Shown here in pieces: positions 10,439 through 20,420 of a stretch of 64,000 nt of DNA (its first letter is position 1; each line of letters begins with the position of its first letter). The translations under genes and the position numbers were made by a program. The notes below the pieces were generated by a model that searched no databases, was not told the DNA's origin, and saw only the letters and a program-made list of their open reading frames with translations. The stretch lies in NCBI GenBank assembly GCA_011364905.1, contig RDNZ01000007.1, forward strand, positions 16,394-80,393, given 5' to 3'. The DNA comes from Candidatus Thorarchaeota archaeon (GTDB taxonomy: Archaea; Asgardarchaeota; Thorarchaeia; Thorarchaeales; Thorarchaeaceae).

Positions 10439-11113
10439 TCATGGAATTGGTCGGTCTTTGTGAAGATCGTGAGGATCCTCACCCTCATCTAGCTTATCAG
10501 ACCACCACTCATCTGTAGCAACAACCTGTTCCGCATGAGATAGAACTTCTTCTATTTGATGTGCTGGAATAACGACTATTCCGTCACCATCTCCAAAAAT
10601 CAAATCGCCGGGATTGACTGTCACTCCTCCGCACACGATGGGCTTTTGAACGGAATCCATGTCCAGTCTACCTCTCATTGTACCGGGGTGACGCCCTCGC
10701 GCAAAGACTGCAAAATTCATCTTATCAATATCATGAATATCTCTGGAGGTCCCATCAACCACAGCACCTCTGACTCCTTTAGGTATGCCAATCTTAGTCA
10801 GTATCTGACCCCAGGCAGAGCAATCTGTAGCTCCAGCCATGTCTATGACAATCACATCGCCCTCATCTGCGTCTGTTGCTAGGCTCATGAATAAATCCAG
10901 CTGCTTCTCATCATATGGCCGAGTATCTGGAGAGCGTACCAATCTTCCTGTCCGTGCGAAACCAGCTATCCGACTGCACTTCGTTAGAGGCGTGATGCCT
11001 CGATCCATACACACCGCCCCAATTCCTATTTCATCTGCCGCATCAGAGAGAGCTGCAACATACAGCTTCAGTGTTCGTTCTATGATTTCATTCCGAGTTG
11101 CCATTATTGACAT
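10439..11113 (-). CDS. RraA-family / HMG-CHA aldolase-like protein
   Basis: AWGQI, GAVVDGTSRD, GGVTVNPGDLIFGDGDG; ATG at 11113 overlaps the upstream TGA. Confidence 0.85.
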   Translation of the reverse strand: MSIMATRNEIIERTLKLYVAALSDAADEIGIGAVCMDRGITPLTKCSRIAGFARTGRLVRSPDTRPYDEKQLDLFMSLATDADEGDVIVIDMAGATDCSAWGQILTKIGIPKGVRGAVVDGTSRDIHDIDKMNFAVFARGRHPGTMRGRLDMDSVQKPIVCGGVTVNPGDLIFGDGDGIVVIPAHQIEEVLSHAEQVVATDEWWSDKLDEGEDPHDLHKDRPIP

Positions 11114-11595
11114 CACTCCTTCTCCCAGCGATATATGCAATGGTCATCCCCACGCATCATGCATTTGGGAATAGACAGGGTTACGTTGAAGTCGACAGCT
11201 TGTCCAATTCCTTCATCAATCTTTGTTACGTACTCGCAAATATCCGGCCCAGCACCTTTGGCTTTGAATGACTCAATCCAAGGGCATGATGTCACCTTTA
11301 GCTCAAAGCACTTCTCACTCTCAGTTTCAATAGAGAGTTCGAATCCGAAGTATGGATGCGCTGCATCAAAAAAATCGAAAATAGAGTGTAGGTCTCCACT
11401 CCTCAGTGATCCTTGCTTGATAGCAGCCCTTCCGAGTTCGAAACCATGGTGCCGATTCACTTCACTGATAGCATCCAATCCCTTTTTGCCCATTAGCTTT
11501 CGTATTACTTCAACATAGATTGCATGGGTATCAGCTAGTGTATGCATATTGGTTCTTCGAACATCATCCGCGCCTGGATTAGACATTGCCAACAT
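11113..11595 (-). CDS. L-2-amino-thiazoline-4-carboxylate hydrolase-like / V4R-like protein
   Basis: VTSCP...IC...D...MMRGDDHCIY Cys pattern; start adjusted from the ORF track. Confidence 0.7.
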   Translation of the reverse strand: MLAMSNPGADDVRRTNMHTLADTHAIYVEVIRKLMGKKGLDAISEVNRHHGFELGRAAIKQGSLRSGDLHSIFDFFDAAHPYFGFELSIETESEKCFELKVTSCPWIESFKAKGAGPDICEYVTKIDEGIGQAVDFNVTLSIPKCMMRGDDHCIYRWEKE

Positions 11596-11729
11596 TTTCC
11601 ATTGAACTTTGAACTTGGGATTACTAAGGTATCTTAAATCTCCTCTGAGTTGGCTACTACGGTTTGTTAAATTAATATAGTCCATTCGATAGGTTATATA
11701 AACTAGGAAATTCTCTGCGACTACAAAAG

Positions 11730-12899
11730 GTGCTGCCTATGCTTGCTGAGAGAAATATCGATGTTCCTGCTAGTGAGATTAGAAAGGTCTACAATAATAT
11801 CATTGGGAGAACCGACGTTTTCGACATGACTGTTGGGATACCCGATTATGACACTCCTCAGCATATCAAAGATGCAGCAAAGAGAGCCATCGACGAAGGA
11901 TATACGACGTATACTCACAATGCAGGGTATATTGAGGTCAGGGAGGCACTCGCTGAAAAACTCAAGCGGGACAACAATATAACAGCAGACCCAGCTACAG
12001 AACTGATTTGTACAGCAGGCGGCATGGGAGCTCTTGTTCTCGCAAACCTAGTTATGATTGATCCTGGGGACGAGGTCATCTATCCAGATCCTGGCTTTGT
12101 AAGTCATTATGCACACATAAAACTCGCTGGTGGCATTCCAGTCCCAGTCCAACTAAAAAAAGAGAATGATTTCGGTATAACTGCAGAAGATGTTGCAAAC
12201 CTCATAACACCAAAAACAAAAATGATTGTGCTAAACTCACCTAACAATCCAACAGGGGGAGTTATACCCAATAAAGAATTGAAGCAAATTGCGGAGCTTT
12301 GCATTGAGAACGACATCTATGTGATTGCTGATGAGGCATATGAAAAATTCAGGTACATAAATGAAGAACCCCAATTTATTGGCTCATTTGAGGGGATGAA
12401 AGAACGAACAGTCTCTATATTCTCTTTCTCTAAGACCTATGCAATGACCGGGTGGCGGATAGCTGTTGCCACAGGCTCCAGTGAACTAATTGGTGCAATG
12501 ACTAAACTGCAAGAACACATTATTGCAATGCCTACTTCCATTGCGCAAAAGGCTGCAGAGGCGGCAGCAATAGGACCTCAGGACTGTGTCAACGAGATGC
12601 TCAATACATTTCGAAAACGAAGGGAGATAATCACAAAGGGACTAAGCGAAATTGAAGGAATTGAGTTGCATCCTCCAGGTGGGGCGTTTTATGTGTTTCC
12701 AGATGTATCAGCTTATGGAGTCAAATCGTACGATTTGGTATACAAGATTTTGAATGCGACAAATGTAGCGACACTTCATGGTTCAGCCTTTGGAAAATAC
12801 GGAGAGGGATTCCTGAGGTTGTGCTATGCTGTTTCAACAGAGAGAATCAATGAAGCTCTGAGCAGACTTGATGCCTATCTGCCAAAACTATTGCACTGA
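11730..12899 (+). CDS. PLP-dependent aminotransferase class I/II
   Basis: NSPNNPTG, DEAY, SFSKTYAMTGWR. Confidence 0.9.
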   Translation: MLPMLAERNIDVPASEIRKVYNNIIGRTDVFDMTVGIPDYDTPQHIKDAAKRAIDEGYTTYTHNAGYIEVREALAEKLKRDNNITADPATELICTAGGMGALVLANLVMIDPGDEVIYPDPGFVSHYAHIKLAGGIPVPVQLKKENDFGITAEDVANLITPKTKMIVLNSPNNPTGGVIPNKELKQIAELCIENDIYVIADEAYEKFRYINEEPQFIGSFEGMKERTVSIFSFSKTYAMTGWRIAVATGSSELIGAMTKLQEHIIAMPTSIAQKAAEAAAIGPQDCVNEMLNTFRKRREIITKGLSEIEGIELHPPGGAFYVFPDVSAYGVKSYDLVYKILNATNVATLHGSAFGKYGEGFLRLCYAVSTERINEALSRLDAYLPKLLH

Positions 12900-12948
12900 T
12901 AGTACTAGATGCGAAAAGTAATGTATGGAAAAAGCTGTGGGATGAGGG

Positions 12949-15261
12949 ATGACATCTCGGAGTAAGCGTCTCAAACAGCAAATGCTCGAGTCAGAACCAA
13001 CCATTTCATCAGAACGAGCGGTTCTATTTACAGAGTATATGAAGGAGCATTGGTCAGATTCAACAATTCTCCGAAATGCTGGTGCTTTTGCTTATGTACT
13101 TGATAACATGACTATCCGGATTGAACCAGAGGAACTCATCGTTGGAAACATGGGGCCAACTCCTCGTTCTTGTCAGGTATTTCCAGAGTATAGCTGGAAG
13201 TGGATTGAGGATGAATTAGATCGGTTCGCCAAGAGAAGAACCGAGAAGTTCATGATAAGTGAGGAGGACAAGCAGAACCTCCGCGAAGTCTTCAAGTTCT
13301 GGAGGGGAAAAAGCACAGCAGAACTGGCAGGATTTGCGATGCCAGCAGAATCAATAAAGGCTTCAAAAGCGGGTCTCTTTACGATTGGTGCTCCAGGGAC
13401 TGGTATTGGCCATGTCATTGTCGATTACAACGAAGTCTTACACAAAGGGCTCCTTAGGATCCTGAATGAGTTGAACGGGAGAGAGGGAGACTACTTCGAA
13501 GCGGTTCGCATTGAGATTGAAGCGGTAGTGAGATTCTCTGAACGCTTCTACCATCTTGCCGCAGAGATGGCTACGAAAGAGGTTGATAAAGAACGAAAGG
13601 CAGAACTATTGGAAATCGCACGAATTTGTAAGAAAGTTCCTGCTGAACCCGCTGGAACATTCTACGAGGCACTCCAGTCATTCTGGTTCATCCACTTACT
13701 GATACAGACTGAATCAAATGGTCATTCAATCTCCACAGGTAGGTTTGACCAGTACATGTTTCCATTCTACGAAACAGACCTCAAGAGCGGCAAACTTGAT
13801 GAAACAGGAGCTATTGAACTCCTTGAGGTACTCTGGGTAAAGTTATCATCTCTAATCAAAATAAGAAACGAATACTATAGTGTGGCCTTTGCGGGTCATC
13901 CCATGTTTCAAAACCTCACCATTGGCGGTCAGCATGCGAATGGACAAGATGCAACAAATAGCTTAACGAAAGCAATCCTTCAAGCTACAGCGAACATAAG
14001 GGTTACACAACCAAGTGTTTCATTTCGATGGCACAAGAAAACTCCTGAAGACATCAAATTGCAGGTTGTCGATGTGATCTCGAAAGGCCTCGGTATGCCA
14101 GGTCTCTTCAACGATAATGCAATAATCCCTATGATGATTGAGAAGGGGACTGATCACTCAGAGGCGCATGATTACTCCATTTTGGGATGCGTTGAGCCAA
14201 TCATAGGTGGAAAGTCTGACCCAAGACAGAACATAGGATATGTCAATCTGCCAAAGATTCTCGAAGTGACACTGAACAACGGAAGGGACCCAAAGACAAG
14301 TGAATTGATTGGCAGGGAAACTGGAGATCCTAGAAGTTTCAAGTCGTTTGATGAATTATGGTTAGCATTTGAAGAACAGACTGACTATACTATTGAGCTG
14401 CTGACGCAGGCAGATAGGGAAGCTGCTAGAGTCCTGGCCAAAAACACGCCGACACCATTTATCTCATCGCTTTTGCAACGATGCAACGAATCGGGCAAGA
14501 CATTACAAGAAGGAGGAGCAATCTATAGCTCTGGTGGAATCATGGGTGTTGGAGTGGCAATTGTGGCTGACTCACTCGAGGCTCTCAGGAAATACGTATT
14601 CGAAAACCGAGAAGTCGCGATGGATGAGATGCTTCAAGTCCTTGCTAAGAACTATGAAGGCTATGAGGAACTCAGAGTCAGGTTAGAGAATGACTCCGAA
14701 AAGTATGGTAATGACATTGAACGAGTAGATCTTCTTGCTAGGAACACTGGCAGGATATTTTGTAATTCAGTTCAGAATCGAATGACGACGAGAAACACTC
14801 CTTATCATGCTGCTTTGTTCTCAGTGTCTATGTATATTCCGCAGGGGGAGGTACTTGGAGCCACACCAGATGGAAGAAAGGCGGGGTATATGATATCTGA
14901 TGGTGTTTCACCCACTCAAAACAGAGATGTCAATGGACCTACTGCAGCCATGAAATCTGTGGCCAGGTTAGATCACTCTCTGTGTTACAATGGCACGCTC
15001 TACAATATGAAGTTCACACCGGATTTCTTTGAGAATGAGTCAAAGAGAAAGAAGTTCATTGGCATGGTTGATGCGTACTTCGCAATGGGCGGATTTCATG
15101 TCCAGTTCAATGTGGTTTCACGAGAAATCCTTGAAGATGCGAAAGTAAATCCGCTGCAGCATAGAGACCTAATAGTAAGAGTTGCTGGATATAGTGCTTA
15201 TTTCATCGAATTGGACCCGTTCGTTCAGGATGAGGTCATTGCTCGAACGGAATTCTCCTAA
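12949..15261 (+). CDS. Glycyl radical enzyme, eliminase (diol dehydratase/PFL2-like) class
   Basis: Single-Cys GCVEP loop, C-terminal RVAGY glycyl motif, GRFDQY, ATPDGRKAG. Confidence 0.9.
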   Translation: MTSRSKRLKQQMLESEPTISSERAVLFTEYMKEHWSDSTILRNAGAFAYVLDNMTIRIEPEELIVGNMGPTPRSCQVFPEYSWKWIEDELDRFAKRRTEKFMISEEDKQNLREVFKFWRGKSTAELAGFAMPAESIKASKAGLFTIGAPGTGIGHVIVDYNEVLHKGLLRILNELNGREGDYFEAVRIEIEAVVRFSERFYHLAAEMATKEVDKERKAELLEIARICKKVPAEPAGTFYEALQSFWFIHLLIQTESNGHSISTGRFDQYMFPFYETDLKSGKLDETGAIELLEVLWVKLSSLIKIRNEYYSVAFAGHPMFQNLTIGGQHANGQDATNSLTKAILQATANIRVTQPSVSFRWHKKTPEDIKLQVVDVISKGLGMPGLFNDNAIIPMMIEKGTDHSEAHDYSILGCVEPIIGGKSDPRQNIGYVNLPKILEVTLNNGRDPKTSELIGRETGDPRSFKSFDELWLAFEEQTDYTIELLTQADREAARVLAKNTPTPFISSLLQRCNESGKTLQEGGAIYSSGGIMGVGVAIVADSLEALRKYVFENREVAMDEMLQVLAKNYEGYEELRVRLENDSEKYGNDIERVDLLARNTGRIFCNSVQNRMTTRNTPYHAALFSVSMYIPQGEVLGATPDGRKAGYMISDGVSPTQNRDVNGPTAAMKSVARLDHSLCYNGTLYNMKFTPDFFENESKRKKFIGMVDAYFAMGGFHVQFNVVSREILEDAKVNPLQHRDLIVRVAGYSAYFIELDPFVQDEVIARTEFS

Positions 15262-15328
15262 ATAAGCAGCACCAACGGCAGATTTAACATTTCCAAAAGA
15301 ATCTGAGCACCCGTCAAACTACTTTGAG

Positions 15329-16333
15329 TTGTCAAAAATGAGTTATGATGTGGTTACCTTTGGTGAAGTAATGCTAAGGCTCTCTCCTCCCAACTTCAAG
15401 AGATTCGAGCAAACTGAGAGCTTCGATGCGCATGCTGGAGGAGCAGAGATGAATGTCGCAGTGGCGTGCACTCGGTTAGGATTGACGTCTGCCTATATCA
15501 CAAAACTAGGTGACAATTCTATTGGACATTTCATCCGGAACAAAGCGAGAGAACATGGAGTGGACACTTCACATATACTCTGGGACCCTGATAGTCGGTG
15601 CGGCGTCTATTTTGTGGAGTTTGGAGCAGCTCCCCGAACCAACCGTGTGATCTATGACCGAAAAGATTCTGCAATAAGCAAGATTAAACCGGGGGAAGTT
15701 GATTGGAAGAAGATTCTGAAAGGGACCAAGCTTTTTCATACAAGTGGAATCACCCCTGCTTTAAGCGCAAGCTGTGCAGCAGCAACAGAAGAGGCTCTTA
15801 AGATCGCTAAAGAGCAAGGAGCCAAAGTCTCATACGATGTGAACTACAGAGGAAAACTGTGGACACCAAAAGATGCTCAAAAGTTCACCGAACCAGCATC
15901 AGAGTTCATTGACATTCTAATAACAACAGAGGAGGACACAAAGGTTGTCTATGGCATTGAAGGAAAGGACTACGAGGAAGTTGCGGCCAAACTCACTGAT
16001 AAGTTTGGATTCGAGATTGTAGTCATCACACTCCGAGAGACCCCATCAGTTTGGTTCAATAAGTGGTCAGTCTTTGCTTATTCAAATGGGAAGGTCTATA
16101 GAAGTCCGGTTTATGACGTGGAGATAGTTGATCGGCTTGGTGGGGGAGATTCTTGTAGCGCTGGATTCATCTATGGCTACCTTGAGCTAAAAAACCTACA
16201 GAAAGCAGTCGACTTTGGCTCAGCATTCTCTGCGCTAAAGCACTCAGTTCCTGGAGACCTTGCATTTGTAAACAAATCAGAGGTTGAAGAACTGACAAAG
16301 GGACGCCAACGCGGATTCCGTATTGAAAGGTGA
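15329..16333 (+). CDS. kdgK: 2-keto-3-deoxygluconate kinase (PfkB family)
   Basis: TFGEVMLRLSPP, GGAEMNVA, SGITPALS, DVNYRGKLW, DRLGGGDS. Confidence 0.85.
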   Translation: MSKMSYDVVTFGEVMLRLSPPNFKRFEQTESFDAHAGGAEMNVAVACTRLGLTSAYITKLGDNSIGHFIRNKAREHGVDTSHILWDPDSRCGVYFVEFGAAPRTNRVIYDRKDSAISKIKPGEVDWKKILKGTKLFHTSGITPALSASCAAATEEALKIAKEQGAKVSYDVNYRGKLWTPKDAQKFTEPASEFIDILITTEEDTKVVYGIEGKDYEEVAAKLTDKFGFEIVVITLRETPSVWFNKWSVFAYSNGKVYRSPVYDVEIVDRLGGGDSCSAGFIYGYLELKNLQKAVDFGSAFSALKHSVPGDLAFVNKSEVEELTKGRQRGFRIER

Positions 16334-16989
16334 AAGGCATGTGGACAAAGGAAAAAGCAATGAAATTAATCTATGACACAGCTCTGATTCCAATTATTCG
16401 TGTTGAGTCGGCGGATATTGCTTTCAAAGTGGCGGATGCATTTTTGCAGGGAGGCGTTCCCATCATAGAAGTGACCATGAGCGTTCCAGGCGCTGTCGAG
16501 GTTGTGCAACAACTTGTAGAGAAGTTTGGTAATAAGGTCCTGATAGGTTCAGGGACTGTTGTTAGCGGGAAAATGGCTGAGGAAGTCATCAAAGCTGGAA
16601 GTGAGTTCATTGTGAGCCCTAATTATTCTCGTGATTTGATTGAGACTGCAATGAAACATGACAAGCCAATTATACCAGGAGCCCTCACGCCCACTGAGAT
16701 CTATGATGCATACACAATGGGGGCAGATGCGGTCAAAGTATTCCCGTGTGGTATGGTGGGGGGTGCGGATTATCTGAAAGCCATAAGAGGGCCACTGCCC
16801 CACATCCCGCTCGTCCCAACTGGTGGCGTAGAACTAGAAACTGCAGGGTCCATGCTTGAGGCAGGAGCATATGCGCTTGGTGTTGGTGGAGCAATCACTG
16901 ACAAAAAAGCCATCAAGGAAGGCCGGTATGAAGTAATTACTGAGAATGTTAGTAAATTTCTTGAGATTGTAAAGGACTACAGGAGGTAA
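16330..16989 (+). CDS. eda: KDPG/KHG aldolase
   Basis: IEVT, GSGTV, FIVSP, PGALTPTE, VKVFP, PTGGV. Confidence 0.9.
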   Translation: MKGMWTKEKAMKLIYDTALIPIIRVESADIAFKVADAFLQGGVPIIEVTMSVPGAVEVVQQLVEKFGNKVLIGSGTVVSGKMAEEVIKAGSEFIVSPNYSRDLIETAMKHDKPIIPGALTPTEIYDAYTMGADAVKVFPCGMVGGADYLKAIRGPLPHIPLVPTGGVELETAGSMLEAGAYALGVGGAITDKKAIKEGRYEVITENVSKFLEIVKDYRR

Positions 16990-17036
16990 AATGCCGATTT
17001 AGGAAATCGAAAAGGTAGAAGGGAGAACAGATCAAG

Positions 17037-17309
17037 ATGATTGAGGGATATTATAAAGAAAGACTGACTAAAGTGATTCAAAAGAAAACGTTTGGTCAGC
17101 TTGAGAGGTTTGCGCTAGACAGTGCTGGAAACACAAAGGTATACAAGCTAAGAGAAGTATTGCAGACATTTGATCCGGTTCATCTAACCATGTACATGGT
17201 AGGTGTTTGTGGAAGAAAGATTAAGGTGAAACTCAATACTTTCGATTTCCCTGATGGCGAACGTAGGGTAGGAATTGAGTTCATTGAGGTTCTTAAATGG
17301 GATGAATAG
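17037..17309 (+). CDS. Small hypothetical protein
   Basis: 90-aa ATG-started ORF downstream of eda. Confidence 0.5.
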   Translation: MIEGYYKERLTKVIQKKTFGQLERFALDSAGNTKVYKLREVLQTFDPVHLTMYMVGVCGRKIKVKLNTFDFPDGERRVGIEFIEVLKWDE

Positions 17310-17433
17310 AGAATCCTCAGAACAGTAGCAGAGCAGCAAGATATACAGCCAGAACGATCAATCAATATGAACCTTTAAGAGATATAACTAAATCCAGCGC
17401 TAAATCTGTACATTCTCATAGGAGCACTTAGAG

Positions 17434-17760
17434 ATGACTCAGGACCTACTAGAACTTATGCAAGAACGAATCACAATCGGATTAGAAAGAGAGAAGACCC
17501 ATGAAGCGATACAAGGGTGGGAACGCACAGTCCAACTTACACTGAAGGAAGGACCACAGTACCACTTCATTGTCAAAGACAACAATATCACAGTTCACGA
17601 GGGACCTATCGATGATCCAGATATGAGGATCCAGAGTGATGAGGACACGATTCGGAAACTGTTTCTTGAAGAGATGAGCGCAAGCTCAGCCATCTTTAAA
17701 CGCAAGTTGAAAGTGAAAGGATCGACTTCTGATCTCATGAAGATAAGACACATTTTCTAG
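17434..17760 (+). CDS. SCP2 sterol/lipid-binding domain protein
   Basis: DPDMRIQSD...SAIFKRKLKVKG SCP2 pattern. Confidence 0.8.
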   Translation: MTQDLLELMQERITIGLEREKTHEAIQGWERTVQLTLKEGPQYHFIVKDNNITVHEGPIDDPDMRIQSDEDTIRKLFLEEMSASSAIFKRKLKVKGSTSDLMKIRHIF

Positions 17761-17778
17761 GTCATAGGGGGAAAGCGA

Positions 17779-19191
17779 GTGGCAATTGACAAGAAGATTG
17801 CAAAGGAATTTGAAAATGCAGTCGGGGCCGAATATGTATCAACAAGACCTGATGTTCTACTAACATATTCACAGACTGCGTCCATGGCAGTCGAGCCTGT
17901 TATTCCATCTGCGGTTATTCGTCCAGCAAATGCGAAAGAGGTATCTCAGATACTAAAGTTGGCAAACAAGCATAGGATACCTGTGACTCCTCGGTCGGGA
18001 GGATCTAGTCTTCAAGGAGAAGCCATCCCAAAACCGGGAGGAATTGTTGTCGACCTTTTGAGACTGGGTGGCATCACTCTTTACGAAAATCTCCGTTCCG
18101 TAACAGTTGGAGCAGGGGTCACTTATGGAGAACTAGACAAATTTCTAGCTAAGCATGGTCTCTTCCTCCCAGTTTATCCAGAGTCTTCTTTGGTCTGTAC
18201 TGTTGCGGGTAATGTGGCCGTGAATGGAGCGGGTGTTGGTTCTAGTCTATATGGGTGCACTGGCGAGATGGTTCTCGGACTAGAAGTAGTTCTCCCTGAT
18301 GGCACTATCATACAGACCGGTTCGGAAGCAAATCCAAATTCGCCAGGGCCATTCATCCGATATGCCTTTGGTCCAGATCTGACAGGTTTGTTCATTGGCT
18401 CACTTGGTAGTTTTGGAATTATTACAAAGGTATCAGTGAAGACATTCAAACGGATGAAGTACTTTGACTATAACATGTACGGATTTGATACTGTTGAACT
18501 TGCGGAGCAGTTCCTCATTGAAATTAAACAGAACGACATCAACGGTCTCTTCACCTCTATCTACTCAGGAGAAGTCCTTGACTTATTCATGGACATGCTC
18601 TCGGAGGAACTTGGGTTCCCACCATTTGAGCATGCAGAGCGCACTGTATCAATGACAATAGGTCGCGTACGTGAAGACATGCTAGAGAGTGACGCTAAAC
18701 TTGCACGCGAGATATGTGAGAGATTGGGAGGGAGAGTACTGAATGTCCGAGAAATGCCACAGCAAGAATGGGAGGGGCGCTTTTGGAACTTCGTTCGAGC
18801 CTCGTACATACACGGATGGCATTGGAGGACACTTTACCATCATCAGACTCCAACGAACTCGCACAAATCAGTAGACATCATAATGGATGCAATGGACAAA
18901 TACAGGTTTCTTGGTCATACAGCTGGCTTTCAATCAGGACATAGCAGTATGAACCTCTATCCTCACCTCTACTTCGACCCGCAAGACAAAGATGAAGAAG
19001 AAAAGGTTGTAAAGGCCCACCAAGAAATAGCGAAAGCCTTGTTCAAATCGGGAGCAGTTCCCTTCAAGCTTGCTGAGTTTTGGAAGGATGCGATTGAGGA
19101 CATGGATGAGTACATGGACTTTCTCAAACATATAAAGAACTCAATTGACCCGAACAACATAATGAATCCGGGAGTGCTTGGAGGGATCTAA
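17779..19191 (+). CDS. FAD-binding oxidoreductase (GlcD/AGPS-like)
   Basis: PRSGGSSL, GSLGSFGIIT, DPNNIMNPG. Confidence 0.85.
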   Translation: MAIDKKIAKEFENAVGAEYVSTRPDVLLTYSQTASMAVEPVIPSAVIRPANAKEVSQILKLANKHRIPVTPRSGGSSLQGEAIPKPGGIVVDLLRLGGITLYENLRSVTVGAGVTYGELDKFLAKHGLFLPVYPESSLVCTVAGNVAVNGAGVGSSLYGCTGEMVLGLEVVLPDGTIIQTGSEANPNSPGPFIRYAFGPDLTGLFIGSLGSFGIITKVSVKTFKRMKYFDYNMYGFDTVELAEQFLIEIKQNDINGLFTSIYSGEVLDLFMDMLSEELGFPPFEHAERTVSMTIGRVREDMLESDAKLAREICERLGGRVLNVREMPQQEWEGRFWNFVRASYIHGWHWRTLYHHQTPTNSHKSVDIIMDAMDKYRFLGHTAGFQSGHSSMNLYPHLYFDPQDKDEEEKVVKAHQEIAKALFKSGAVPFKLAEFWKDAIEDMDEYMDFLKHIKNSIDPNNIMNPGVLGGI

Positions 19192-19194
19192 TCA

Positions 19195-20355
19195 ATGGCA
19201 GAGATAGATCTTGACGAACTCATAGAGAACTTACTTCAATGTCGTAGGTGCGGCATCTGCCGCAATGCGGTCTATGAGGAAAGAGGATTTGATGGAGTTT
19301 GTCCGGTCTGGAAGAACTCCCCTGGGTTTGAAACCAGTTTTATGCGTGGCCGGATTCAGGTTGCTTTAGCACTCTTGGAAGGAGTTCTTGAAAAGACTCC
19401 AGAGAATTCTGAAGCGCTTTTTTCATGTACCCTCTGTGGAAACTGCACCGAAATCTGTGCCGCAGAGTTCAATCCTGCGGATTGCCTTGAGGAAGTCAGA
19501 GCAGTCCTGAATGATATTCCTAATGATGTTCGTGATGCAATAGCAGAGAAGATAATCCAGTTTGATAACCCCTATGAGAAAAACAGGAGTCTTAAACGCG
19601 AGTGGATTAAGGAGGTAGGTTTTGAGATTCCAACCTCTGGTGAAGTCCTCTACTTCACTGGATGTACTGCAGGGATGAAGCTTCCAACTGTCGTCATATC
19701 GGCAGCAAGAATACTCAAAGCCGCAAATATTGAGTTCGCGGTCCTTGAAGAGGAACCATGCTGCGGTAGCGTCATGTTGCGAACAGGAAAAACAGATGAG
19801 GCCCGTCTTAATGCACAGAGGGTAGTAAGCGCAATTCAAAAGTCTGGAGCGAAAAAAGTCATTGTTACTTGCGCAGGATGTTTAAAGACCCTTCGAGAGG
19901 ATTTTCCGAAGTTGGGACTCGAGATTCCCGAAGTCCTGCACATAACCGAGATCTTACAGGAAACTGCGGCGTGTAAGAAGCTGAAGCTCAAACCGGTGAC
20001 AAAAAGACTCAAGGTGACATATCACGATCCCTGTCACCTATCTAGAGCTATGGGAGTTTATGATGCGCCAAGAGAAGTAATCATGTCAATACCCAACATT
20101 GAGTTTGTCGAAATGGAAACAAGTAGAGAAACTGCAATGTGCTGCGGAGCTGGAGGGGGTCTTCGTTCATATGATCCTGAGCTTGCAAAGAAGATTGCCG
20201 CAGACAGAGTGATGAGTGCTCATGAAGTTGGGGCGGAGATAATAGCTACTGCGTGTCCGTTCTGCGAGAGCAATCTAAGGTTGGGAGCTGAGCAAATAAA
20301 CAGCTCAATTCGGGTTGCAGATATTGTGGACTTAATAGCTGAGCGCCTGATGTAA
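19195..20355 (+). CDS. Fe-S oxidoreductase (GlcF-like, CCG domains)
   Basis: CRRCGIC, CTLCGNC, CCG, TYHDPC, CCGAGGG. Confidence 0.85.
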   Translation: MAEIDLDELIENLLQCRRCGICRNAVYEERGFDGVCPVWKNSPGFETSFMRGRIQVALALLEGVLEKTPENSEALFSCTLCGNCTEICAAEFNPADCLEEVRAVLNDIPNDVRDAIAEKIIQFDNPYEKNRSLKREWIKEVGFEIPTSGEVLYFTGCTAGMKLPTVVISAARILKAANIEFAVLEEEPCCGSVMLRTGKTDEARLNAQRVVSAIQKSGAKKVIVTCAGCLKTLREDFPKLGLEIPEVLHITEILQETAACKKLKLKPVTKRLKVTYHDPCHLSRAMGVYDAPREVIMSIPNIEFVEMETSRETAMCCGAGGGLRSYDPELAKKIAADRVMSAHEVGAEIIATACPFCESNLRLGAEQINSSIRVADIVDLIAERLM

Positions 20356-20367
20356 AAAACAACAAAG

Positions 20368-20395
20368 GGCAGGCATCACCTTAGTAACGCCTGCC
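20368..20395 (-). terminator. Hairpin plus U-tract downstream of ssb
   Basis: GGCAGGC/GCCTGCC stem followed on - by CTTTGTTGTTTTTT. Confidence 0.55.
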
Positions 20396-20420
20396 GCATC
20401 AATAGTAGTGCGAATCTGTT

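Noticed and set aside
12949-15261. Annotation as pyruvate formate-lyase (pflB)
   Set aside because: It lacks the vicinal Cys-Cys; the single GCVEP motif marks the eliminase class.
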